Shown here piece after piece: positions 48,540 to 59,429 of a stretch of DNA of 64,000 nt. A program made the position numbers and the translations under genes. The DNA is from Tubiluchus corallicola (taxonomy: Eukaryota > Animalia > Priapulida): assembly GCA_030141605.1 (NCBI GenBank), contig JAQGDQ010000690.1, positions 1-64,000 of the forward strand. Reading direction: 5' to 3'. The notes beneath the pieces were generated by a model, which ran no database searches, had not been told where the DNA came from, and worked only from the letters and a program-made list of their open reading frames with translations. The first letter of the stretch is position 1; every line of letters starts with the position of its first letter.

Positions 48540-49657
48540 GTAAGTTTTAGTTTTGTACATATATAAAAAAACTACAGCACACTAAGTGTTAGTTTACGCT
48601 GTTTTCCTAAGCAACGGTTCTTATAGAAAGGATCGCGCAATCGCATTTTTTTAACGTAACATTTCCGGGAATCCACGCTGCTCTTATGAAAAGTCTTGAA
48701 GCCCGCCAGTTACGACTTGTTATGATTTTCAAGTAAATAGCGGGTACCAACCCGCCCCGCCTGGAAATTTCTATACATCGGCAGGGACATATCAATACCT
48801 TACGACGCCCTAGGCTGATAGTTGCGAATTTATCGTAGTTTATGTAATAAGCAGATTAAACAATTACTTGTGGTGTGTTAGAAACATTATTAATCTAGTT
48901 TCAATGTGGTCATTATTGATTGCATAATTTATATAGCGCTTATATTCAAGCAGGCAGCACAACTGATTGTTTTGTACTACCTTGCACCTGCTCATTATGT
49001 GGCACTTATATATAAGCTGCACTCAGTAACTACCTGTGGTGTGTTGTAAAATGTGTCCTTTTCATGAATATAAAGGTATACACATTTTCCGCGAAGAGTA
49101 TGTGACGCCCTCAAACTTTGGTGTCCTAAGCTATGGCCTAGTTAGCCTATTGGTTAATACGTCCCTGTACGTGTAATATAAATACGGTATATTATAAATT
49201 ACTAGTACAAATTAACTTTAAAAAATAAAATTTTCTGCATATTTTTTATTATATTTTCTAAGTTTAAGTAATAAGAGTAAAATAAACTTGACATCCTTTC
49301 CTTTTAAGCAACACTGATTTTCGTTAGTAAATGGTTTGGTGACTTTCAAGAGAACCACTTTTGAGTAGTGCGATCAGCCGGGTTGCCCTCTGGCTGCTCA
49401 TGTCATTATTCGGGTATGAATACACAATTGCACTTTCCAACTTGGCTGAGCCACCTCGGTTGGTTCAGTAGCTCATATTGGTGACTTGTTTGTTCTTACA
49501 CCTAATGCCATAAAGTAACTTTAAGCATGAAAAATGAAGAAACTGCTGACAATAACAGAAAACATGAAACCAGAAGTATTCTTGAGTGCCTCTGCAGACT
49601 TTAGAGGTTCCCCTTTATCCCACTTTTACGGGATTGATTTTCCTGATTAACCTACAG

Positions 49658-49797
49658 GTCTGGCCACTCACGAACCGAGTTTTACCATCATCAGGGAAGA
49701 ATTCAAACCCAATCAGCCGAAGCCGTGCGACATCTGCGGTCAGTTTGGACACGAGAAAGAGGAGTGTGTAGGATTGGCCAGAGAGAAGTCCGGAGAA
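49658..49797 (+). CDS. XRN2: XRN2 exon 9
   Basis: (G)LATHEPSFTIIREEFKPNQPKPCDICGQFGHEKEEC... Confidence 0.95.
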
Positions 49798-50739
49798 GTA
49801 TAAATTTTTTGCTTTTAAGAATTTTGGATTCTCAATAAAAACTTAGTGTGTAGCATTAAGATCTTCAGGACCGCAACATTCAGAATAGTTCTTATAAGAC
49901 CCACGACTTTTCTGCTACTGTATGAGCACAGACATAACTAAACGATTACAAATTAGGTATTATTCTATTCAGGAGAATCCTGGCTATCCAATCTTGATAT
50001 TTGCTTAAACATTTATAAGTGATTTAATTAGATAAAATTACGAAAAACACGCCCTCTTCAGGCATTCCAACTTGGCTTTTGAGTAGATTAGTCTGGTGTA
50101 CACTTGCTTGATCGTACACACTATTTTATTAATCGCCTGCTTGCTACAGCACAAGCTTTGCAGTGTTCTGCTGCTTTCCAGGATCAGCCAAGGATAAATA
50201 AAGGAGGTTTCATCTTTTAACAGGAATTTCTTTTTAAAAATAGAGTAGACTGGTAGCAAAAGTGTATCAGAGTGTTGTGTCTGGATAGTTAAAATTTTCT
50301 GCATTAGCTGATTTCACACAAGTGATGTTGTACGTTGTTACAGTGCAAACACTACAGATACTAAAAGCTTTTCTCAATTTTTTCGACAAAAATTGATTTT
50401 TTAATTTGTCTAAGGTAAACAAATGAATTTTATATATAATTTTTCGTGAAAATCCATTGTGTGAGGAGTAGAAACTTACAAAAATGATCAAATATATTGT
50501 AATCACTGCTTAGTAGGAGCAGTTTTTCATGAAGCCATGCAAAATGCAGCAAATTCTTACGGTCCTGGAGGAGTTAATTATGGCAATTGTTTCTCTCTAT
50601 GGTTTTTTCTTCGTGAAGATGCCATTGAGTGAAGAAGCCATTGAGTTCAAGAAGAGAGACCACTGTTTCAAGAAAAATTGTCTATAGTGCACTTCTATAT
50701 TTGGAAAGCCTCTCTTTGTTACTAAGGATAATTATTTAA

Positions 50740-51242
50740 AGCACAAGAAAACACATTTCGTAGGAAAACTAAAAAAAAGTTTGTTTTGAAATTTCAAAGC
50801 TGACGTAATGTGTTATTGCACACAGGGCATGCTTCTGCAGTAACGCCGTGTAAAACTAGTTTAATTTAATCTCCTGCGATGACTGTTAGGGCAACCATTT
50901 TAACTGTTAGTCTTTTGAAACAAGTTTAGATTACATTGCATAAAGTTTGGAAAAATAATCAGAGCTTTCGCAGTACACACTTTGCTAACTAAGCAAAAGT
51001 TTAAATCACTTTATTATTGTCAATAAGGTCAGTAATGTGTTTTGCGTGAATCAGTGGTGCACGCTGGGATGGTGTTGTAGTGCTGTTTTACCAGGTGGCA
51101 CCGCAAACATTTTAAATTAATAAAAATTTCTTTTCTAATTACACAAACAAATCTTTCTAACTGATAAACGTAATGCCTAGTAATATAACTTTGCATGGAA
51201 ATATTTTTTGGGAATATGCTTAAAAATTGCCTTTTCTTTCCT
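50740..51242. mobile_element. TTAA-flanked MITE
   Basis: ttaa|agcacaagaaaac ... ttttctttcct|ttaa; inverted relative of 22360-22799. Confidence 0.6.
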
Positions 51243-51376
51243 TTAAGTGAAAAAAAACTGAACAAAAATGATACAGTGTGTCAGTACATGAGTGCTCAGT
51301 CTGCATAATCTAATAATGTGAATTTTACTGCATTTGTAATGCTAAAAGCAGATGTTGTTTGTTGTTACGGCGTTAG

Positions 51377-51502
51377 CATGACGAAGCACCGCCTCCAGTT
51401 GCCGCGGAAACGGAATTCATCTTCATCCGTCTACCCGTGTTAAAGGAATACTTGTCACGTGAGCTGCGAATGGACGGCTTGCCTTTTAAATACGATTTTG
51501 AG
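51377..51502 (+). CDS. XRN2: XRN2 exon 10
   Basis: HDEAPPP...EFIFIRLPVLKEYLSREL...YDFE |gtatt. Confidence 0.92.
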
Positions 51503-52081
51503 GTATTTTGTAAGCTGAATTTTGATCGGTTACTTGCAAATATGTCTTTCTTTCACCCTATTTGTGCGTTGAATTTTGACTGTTTATGTAGAAGTATATC
51601 TTTTTTGTTCTATTTTTTATTATTGTGGCTTTTTTGTTGATTAAAAAATATAAGGTATTGTAACAACGGCGATCACCTCCACCTCTGCACTGTAATGGTT
51701 GTGTCCACTACGAAGCCATTGCATACTGGCCTCTATAAATGCGCTGGAATGTAATGCTTCCTGCTGTTTAGTATGTGCTTTTTACCATCTCAGCACCTGT
51801 TCCACTCGTATGGAGGACGTAAGAAAGGCTACCTGGCAGTTTATAATCAAATTTTTGTCGTTTCTGCTCATTTATCTAACAATTTTCCGTAAATTCATGT
51901 GGACCGTGCGTATCAGCGCCACCTGGTTTTGTTACAATATTTTATTTTGTCTTTTTTATAGAATATTTAACGACATCTCATAAAATATGATTTTGATAGC
52001 ATTTTCAGCAAGAAAATAAGTTTTGTCACACTTTGGATTTGAACCCAGTGCCCTTGCTAATTACATTCTTCTAACTTTCAG

Positions 52082-52219
52082 CGAGCGGTAGACGATTGGG
52101 TTTTCATGTGTTTCTTCGTCGGTAACGACTTTCTTCCTCACTTACCCTCGCTGGAAATTCGGGAAGGAGCAATCGATCGTCTCATTCAGCTGTACAAACG
52201 TTGTATTTACAAAACTGGG
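52082..52219 (+). CDS. XRN2: XRN2 exon 11
   Basis: [34 protein letters not shown]... |gtaag. Confidence 0.96.
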
Positions 52220-52228
52220 GTAAGAGTC

Positions 52229-52838
52229 ATGTATTGACATCACAATGTACTGACATCACTGTGTACTGACATCACAATGTACTGTCATCACAATGTACTG
52301 ACATCACTGTGTACTGACATCACAATGTACTGTCATCACAATGTAATGACATCATAGTGTACTGTCATCACAATGTACAATCTTCACAATGTAATGACAT
52401 CACAATGTACTGACATCACTGTGTACTGTCATTACAATGTATTGACATCACAATGTACTGACATCAATGTGTACTGACATCACAATGTACTGTCATCACA
52501 ATGTAATGACATCATAGTGTACTGTCATCACAATGTACTGTCTTCACAATGTAATGACATCACAATCTACTGACATCACTGTGTACTGTCATTACAATGT
52601 ACTGTCTTCACAATGTACTGACATCACAATGTATTGACATCACAATGTACTGACATCACTGTGTACTGACATCACAATGTACTGTCATCACAATGTAATG
52701 ACATCATAGTGTACTGTCATCACAATGTACTGTCATCACAATGTACTGACATCACTGTGTACTGTCATCATAATGTACTGTCTTCACAATGTAATGACAT
52801 CACAATGTAATGACATCACAATGTACTGACATCACAAT
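52229..52838. repeat. 15-bp minisatellite (~40 units)
   Basis: Unit atgtactgacatcac and its 16-bp variant with an extra a. Confidence 0.93.
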
Positions 52839-53073
52839 AATAAATATTAACATAAACTGTGCAGATACATCGGTGAATGTAAATCAGCAAACTCTCTTGA
52901 CATCTTACTATGAGCTGAATGTTTGTGGTCTTAATTTTCTAGTCTGTTAACTCTCAGTCAGGCCACCAGATGGTGCTTGAAGCACTGTGAAATCAGACCT
53001 TTAGATGAGTCATTTTACTTGCACTGCATAAATTGCTTCAATTTTAATTGGACTCAATATATTTTCTGATGTA

Positions 53074-53563
53074 CACTCCTACCTCGAATTGCCCGTCAAA
53101 AGCAGGGAGACGTGGTACGAATTTGCCGATTGTCCATATTTTCCGATACTAAGCTAATAAAAGTAGGCGCCATGCACTAGACTTACGGTAATGTAGAATC
53201 AATCGTCTAATTGTCTCAAAAACAGCTAGTACAATCCGCTTCTGTGCTAAAGTATATAAAAACTGTTGGCAATCGACTCAAATAACTTCGCATAATTGAC
53301 TCTAAACTACTAAACACACCGGCATACAAGCTACACACACACACATACACACATGCACGCCCACACACGCATGCATGCACGTGCACACACACACACACAC
53401 ACGTACGTGTTGTTGCTTGGATATAAACGAAATGACGGGTCACCAACTAGCGGTCAGTTTGCGGAATAACGTATGGCGTCCGTAGCATGCGGGACTTTCT
53501 ACGGCCCAGTTTTTCCTGATATCCGTAAAAGCAATGTCCGGCGGTAAAACCGAGATATGAGTG
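53074..53563. mobile_element. MITE (family shared with 56624-57098)
   Basis: Termini ta|cactcctacctcg ... ccgagatatgagtg. Confidence 0.65.
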
Positions 53564-53720
53564 TCTCATTGAATTTCAGTAAAATCTGACTGATGATTCC
53601 TAGTTTTATTTTGTAGCAGGAATGAAATCAGTGATTGCGTCTTTTGCCGATCCTTCTAGCTAAAAAACTTTTCCAGCTCCTTCTTCTAGTGTTAAGTGCA
53701 TTTTGCCGTGTCTCTTTCAG

Positions 53721-53828
53721 GGTTACCTAACGGACAGCGGGATGGTCAGCCTGGACAGAGTCCAGTTGATTCTCTCCGAGTTGGGAAAAGTCGAGGACGA
53801 GATCTTCAAACAGCGACAAGAAAGAGAG
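53721..53828 (+). CDS. XRN2: XRN2 exon 12
   Basis: GYLTDSGMVSLDRVQLILSELGKVEDEIFKQRQERE |gtatg. Confidence 0.95.
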
Positions 53829-55375
53829 GTATGCATTATCAGCGCCTCACGGTGGTCATTTTGAGAGACACAAAGTGCTCTTAAAGCCAGTTTTTGCCAA
53901 AGAGTTTTTCGTGGTTTTTTTTTTGTTAGTTAATATTTTGCACATTTACATTTTGGCAATTTTTAATAACTCAAATAAAAGGGAGTTGAATTTAATTCGC
54001 GGCTTTATAATGCACCGTCCTTGGCAGGTCTTTATGACCTGGTGAGTGACTTGTTCAAAGCAAAGAAAATCAAATATTTTAGCTGAAATATTTATTTTGA
54101 ATAATTGGTTGTAGTAAATGCATTTCTTAGTATTATAATCAGACTTTTTTATTTGTGCTAACATACTTTTAACTTTGCAAGTCTAAATGCTCTGTTATAA
54201 GAGTTGGCATCAATGATAAAATTTAACACATTTATTAAACAAACAAAACGTGAGGTGCTCTCCACGTTGTCAATTGTAAACAACTGTAAGTGAAAATCTT
54301 CAACAATTGGTATGATCATGTACTGAAGTAATAAGGAAAATCTTTGGAATTGACACCATTAGATGCGATGTGATTGCAGCTACCGTCCACGACCTGCTGA
54401 GGAGGAACTTAGGCCTAAACAGCAGGATGGAGGGCTATATCTACAAATTACTTTTATAGAGTATTTCTCTTCCTTCTGGGCTGGTCGTGGATAAGTCATA
54501 AGTCATTTATTTCACATTACACATTACAATAGTTTCATTTACAATATCTAGTGAAAGGGCCTACAATGAACGTAATACAAATAAGAAATACTGCACAGGA
54601 AAAGCCTCGAACACTGTTCACCTATATACGAAGGTAAATGTGTTGCGGGCAATCAAAAAGCAGGGCTTGTTAGATTGTCCCACACAGTGAAAGAAAAAAA
54701 AGTAATGGAAATAATCTGAAAATTTAAAGCGAATCGTGTGATAAAAAAAACATTTAGTGCTTAAAATGGAATGATGTAATGAATGAAGCTCATATATGAG
54801 ATAATATAAAAGATAGAAAAACTATTATTTGTTCATAGTATGTAAAATTAAGATAACTTGATTAAGATAACACCACTGTTTTGCAATTGATGGCAGCTGA
54901 AATCACATCATAGTTGATGGTGTTAATTCCAAAGATTTTCCTTATTACCTCGTTACATGATCATACCAATTGTTGAAGATTTTGACTTGCAGTTTTTCGC
55001 AATTGACAAGGAGAGGAGCTCCCCACGAAACGTTTTGTTTCTCTAAATGTTGTCGCATTTTATGCACGTCAGATTGCCTCGGCTTCGTAATTAACTTGTT
55101 AACTTGGATGCTGTAAGAATAAATAATAGCCTGCTATCTTTCTGTGTGGTTCTATAACAGAGACGGGCACAGCTAAACGATAAAAATGCCTGCACGTGAC
55201 GTAAAATTCCACGAAAAACACTTTTATTTTCCCGTAACTCGCAATCTGTAAATTTTAGTCACCTGGCGTAATTAAATAAATTATAATTTGTGCAGTGTAA
55301 CATTTTTAGTTCTGTGATCTTACTGTATTTTTAACTCTTAAAGCCGACAAACCACCTGGGGAGTCAGGCTAATAA

Positions 55376-55678
55376 ATTATTATTATTATTGTTGTTATTA
55401 TTATTGTTGTTGTAGTTGTTGTTGTTGTTGTTGCTGGTGCTGTTGTTTGTTGCTGATGTTGTTGCTGTTGTTGTTGTTGTTGCTGTTGCTGTTGTTGCTG
55501 TTGTTGTAGTAGTAGTTGTTGTTGTTGTTGTTATTGTTGTTGTTGTTGTTGCTGCTGCTGCTGGTGCTGCTGTTGTTGCTGATGTTGTTGCTGTTGTTGT
55601 TGTTGTTGCTGTTACTGCTGGTGGTGCTGTTGTTCCTGGTGGTGCTGTTATTGTTATTATTATTGCTGCTGTTGTTGC

Positions 55679-55718
<40 letters not shown>

Positions 55719-55725
55719 ATTGTTA
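55376..55725. repeat. (GTT/GCT/ATT)n trinucleotide tract
   Basis: Low-complexity triplet repeat ending ~50 nt before the exon 13 acceptor. Confidence 0.95.
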
Positions 55726-55776
55726 TAAAAGAACTGTAAAAGCAGCAGGATAAAGTGAATTACTTTGCATTTGCAG

Positions 55777-56037
55777 CTGTTTTTTCGAGGGCGGGACAAA
55801 GAGAGAAAACGTCAAGCTAAGCTAGAGAAATCGCCGAGCAAACCGGCGTGGATGTTGGGCGGACAGTACGCCCCCTCGGCTCCGGGGCAGGGCGCGAAGC
55901 CCATCACCGGCGCCCGTCACACGGCCGCGCAGATGCGAATAGCCGCCAACGTCGATTACTCGCGATCGGAGAAGCTGGAGACGGATTTGCGGAACAAAAA
56001 TGCGGCGGAGGAGCTACGAGCAATGATGAGAGGAGAG
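55777..56037 (+). CDS. XRN2: XRN2 exon 13 (linker region)
   Basis: Lies inside ORF 55765..56046; acceptor tgcag, donor gtgat. Confidence 0.85.
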
Positions 56038-56155
56038 GTGATGTAAATTATAGAAACTTCTTGCCTATGGCTTCCATTTGTAGTGGAGCTTTTCCATTAT
56101 ATAATTATATTTAATTCAGTGGTGCTATTCATAAGTTCGAATTTACAATTCAGTA

Positions 56156-56563
56156 CAGTCAACCCTTCGTTAAACCGGACTAATTGGGGGGGGGGGGGGG
56201 GTGGTCTGGTTTAGCCGATTGTCCGATTTATCCGATATGCCAATATATGGTCTATATTATACAGGAATAATCACCTTAATAAGGCCTATATACATTGCAC
56301 TATGTACTGTGCACTATATACTATACTGTATATTACTTTAAAATAGTTAACCTGTGAGGATAAAGAAATTAGCGAGTGCTTTCGATGGGGTAAGCAAACT
56401 GAATTTTGGCGGGAATCGTAGCAGGATGGGCGGCACCGCGAGCTGCTTCGACCCGTCAATGGCTCGTGGTGAGTTGGTAGGCCGTGTTGTGTTTAGCGCT
56501 CCGGTTCGGTCGGAAATCGGTCAGTTTCCTTTACCACGGATGACGTCCGTCTTATCCGATATC
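56156..56563. mobile_element. MITE, inverted homolog of 11178-11498 (one end missing)
   Basis: ta|cagtcaacccttcgttaaaccggac start; internal identity to the reverse complement of 11215-11498. Confidence 0.8.
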
Positions 56564-56623
56564 CCTTTTTATGCATTTATAACAATGACTGTTGTTATTA
56601 TTAAGAAGCTTGCTTTTTACATA

Positions 56624-57098
56624 CATTCATATCTCGGTTTGCTGAACAAAAGCTTGGAGACGTCGGCCCAAATTTTCCGATTTTCCCGTATTTTCCAATA
56701 CTGAGTTAATACAGTAGGCGTCGTGTTTTAGACTCACGGTGAATGTAGAATTAATCGCCTAATTGTCACAAAAACATCAAGCAAACCGCTCCTATGCAAA
56801 AGTATATAAAAAACTGTTGGCAATTGACCCGAATAACTCCGCATAATTGACTCTAAACCACTGATTAACTACAACAACTTACACACGCTGATTAAACCAC
56901 TTAGCTTGCTGATATGCAAGCTGCATACGTGTCGTTACATGCTGGTTGGATGTAAACAAAGTGACGACCCTCCAGCTAGCGGTCAGTTCGGGAAATGACG
57001 GACTGTGTCCGTAGTATGTGGGACTTTTTAACGGACCTGATTTTATCGATTTTTCCGATATCCGTAAAGGTGAGGTCCGGCAAACCGAGATATGTGTG
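56624..57098. mobile_element. MITE
   Basis: TIRs cattcatatctcggtttgc / gcaaaccgagatatgtgtg. Confidence 0.75.
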
Positions 57099-57543
57099 CA
57101 ACTGGTTACTGCCCTCTGTTGGTAACAAATGTAAAGAATTTGTGAAAGTTGCAGAAATATGTTGAGAGTGACCTATGCTGTTACTAGGCAGCCGTTTATG
57201 TAAACAACTTTGTGAAATTTTCCAGAATTTTAATATTTTTTCTTGGAGTTTTTAATAATATGATGATGTTATCATGTTGAGTGTGCAGGGTTGAGGGGTG
57301 AGCCACTGAATGGTCAGAAGTGTCTTTGTCACACACTCTGAAGCGTATACTTCCTGGTAATCGTTGGTAATGGATCCTACCCATGTTGCCAATAACCAGT
57401 TTGTGTGCTGCTCGTCCTTCGTAACCAAGCTCGCTCCGTGACCGCTCGGCTGTTTTTCTGACCCCAACTGTTTTCCATTTTCAAAAGTTATATCACATGA
57501 TTGCTGCCTCGTGACTTCATATAGCTTTTTCACTTGCATATAG

Positions 57544-57650
57544 AAACCGCAAGTCAGTAACGAGGCTAATAAAGGAGTGAAGAGAAAACGTGACGAGGTT
57601 GATGATGACGACGACAATTCTGATGATGATCTTCCTCCAGACAATGTCAG
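57544..57650 (+). CDS. XRN2: XRN2 exon 14
   Basis: KPQVSNEANKGVKRKRDEVDDDDDNSDDDLPPDNV(R) |gtacc. Confidence 0.9.
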
Positions 57651-58123
57651 GTACCTTTGAAAATCGATCTCGCTCTTGTTTATGTCCGCAGGGAATAAGT
57701 TTTTCGCTGTTTTACTGTGCAAACGTGCAGTTGCTGTAGGTCAATGGTTAAGTGTACCACAGCAATGCGTATTAATTACAACCGTCACGTGACATGTGGG
57801 TAAAGTAAAGCCATATGCCCCATCAGTTCAGTAACTTCAGTTGTTTTACGTTGACTTTACTTAATTATGCAGTGTGTAGGGTGATTTAGGTTCCAGCTAG
57901 CCATTAAAATTGTTGCTGTTACAACAACATGGGCTGTGAGGTGTTGTCAAGTGTACACAAATGAGTTGTCTGGCACACTTAACCTTTGACCATTTCACGA
58001 TGGTCATCAGTCTCTGGAACTGTGAAATGGCTTATTGTCTCGTCTGGTTATTTTTGTAATGACGAATTCTTGATTATGTACTTTCTCATCTACACTGATG
58101 AAGAGCTTACCACATGTCTACCT

Positions 58124-58550
58124 CAGGGTTCCCACGGTCAGGAAAAATCCTGGAAAATCCTTGAAAATACATAATATGCTGGAAAGTCATAGAAAAGTCA
58201 TTGAAAAGATAATTTGCTAAATAGTCAGGGAGAAGATGAAAATGGGGCAAAAAGTCAGGGAAAATCGGAAAGGGTATCACAAAAATAATCATTGTGAACG
58301 GATATTTTTCCAAATATATTTTTCAGCGATTCGTGTTCAAATAAAATTTCGCCATGGGAGCTCCCAGTTCTGTTGTAAAAATAATAATTCGTCAACACAT
58401 TATATGTCAGTACAAAAATGTCCAAATACAAAAATGTTTGAATGTGTAATGCAATTTCTGCTTATCTTGGTCATGGAAAATCAATATTTTGACAGGGAAC
58501 AGTCGTGGAATTGTCAGGGAAATTTACTTTAAAATTTTGTGGGAACCCTG
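58124..58550. mobile_element. MITE with CAGGG termini
   Basis: TIRs cagggttcccac / gtgggaaccctg; flanks ctacct / ctactt. Confidence 0.85.
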
Positions 58551-58747
58551 CTACTTACTTTAGTTGTGATCAGTGCAAATAACCGAAAGTGGAGGGATGG
58601 CTTATTTGAAGGGAAAATGAAGTGCAAACTCTCAGCTGTTGAAATTCAATTTAACAGCTTTTATTACTACTGCATTTTGATTTTGATAAACATGGCGGCA
58701 TCTGTGATTTTAACTCGCTCATTGATGTAACGTTTCCTCTTGTCTAG

Positions 58748-58832
58748 GTTGTACGAAGACGGCTGGAGAGAGAGGTACTACAGTGCCAAGTTTGACGTGG
58801 ATGGACACGACAGAAAGTTCAAGCAGTCCGTG
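58748..58832 (+). CDS. XRN2: XRN2 exon 15
   Basis: LYEDGWRERYYSAKFDVDGHDRKFKQSV |gtaag. Confidence 0.93.
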
Positions 58833-58891
58833 GTAAGTTTATATGATAACTATTTGCTTAAGATGTAGTCAAAATGTGATGCCTAAAGCAT

Positions 58892-59348
58892 CAGGGATGA
58901 GAATTTTCCACGGATACGCGGAATTCCGAGTTTTTGGAAGACCAGTAGTGCCATTTTTGTAAGTCGCGTAAATTTGTTGAGAAAATTTTTACGGACCCAA
59001 TACATTATTTCACAAGCTGACCGCTAGATGGCAGGCCGTCACTTTGTTTACATCACGTACATCAGTGTAACCACGTGTATATCTCTATGTATAAAAATAT
59101 AGAATCAATTGTGCTGAGTTATTTGAGTCAATTGCAGACAGTTTTTATATACTTTTGCATAGGAGCGGCCAGTACTTGGGCGTTTTTGAGACAATTAGGT
59201 ATCATGTATCCTTGATACTTGGGTATTTTAAGTTATGCATGAAACAAGGTAATTGATATTTTAAGTCCACTTAGAGGCTCTCTATGGTCACAAAATTGCA
59301 CCAAACCCCCCGGCCTGTTTCAGAGTTTTTTTGTCATTCTCATCCCTG
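58892..59348. mobile_element. MITE with CAGGG termini
   Basis: TIRs cagggatgagaat / attctcatccctg; aagcat on both flanks. Confidence 0.85.
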
Positions 59349-59429
59349 AAGCATGTAATTAGTTATTTACAAAAAGACGCTTACATTATTATCTGTAGAT
59401 TAGTACTTTGATGAAGCCTGGCAGTGTAT

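Larger units (their letters stand above)
39094..58832 (+). other. XRN2: XRN2 gene span (5'-3' exoribonuclease 2), continues beyond the window
   Basis: Fifteen phase-consistent exons: [74 protein letters not shown] zinc knuckle, [20 protein letters not shown]. Confidence 0.97.

Noticed and set aside
55401-55799. Poly-N/S/Q, poly-V and poly-L ORFs
   Set aside because: Intronic trinucleotide tract; XRN2 splices around it.
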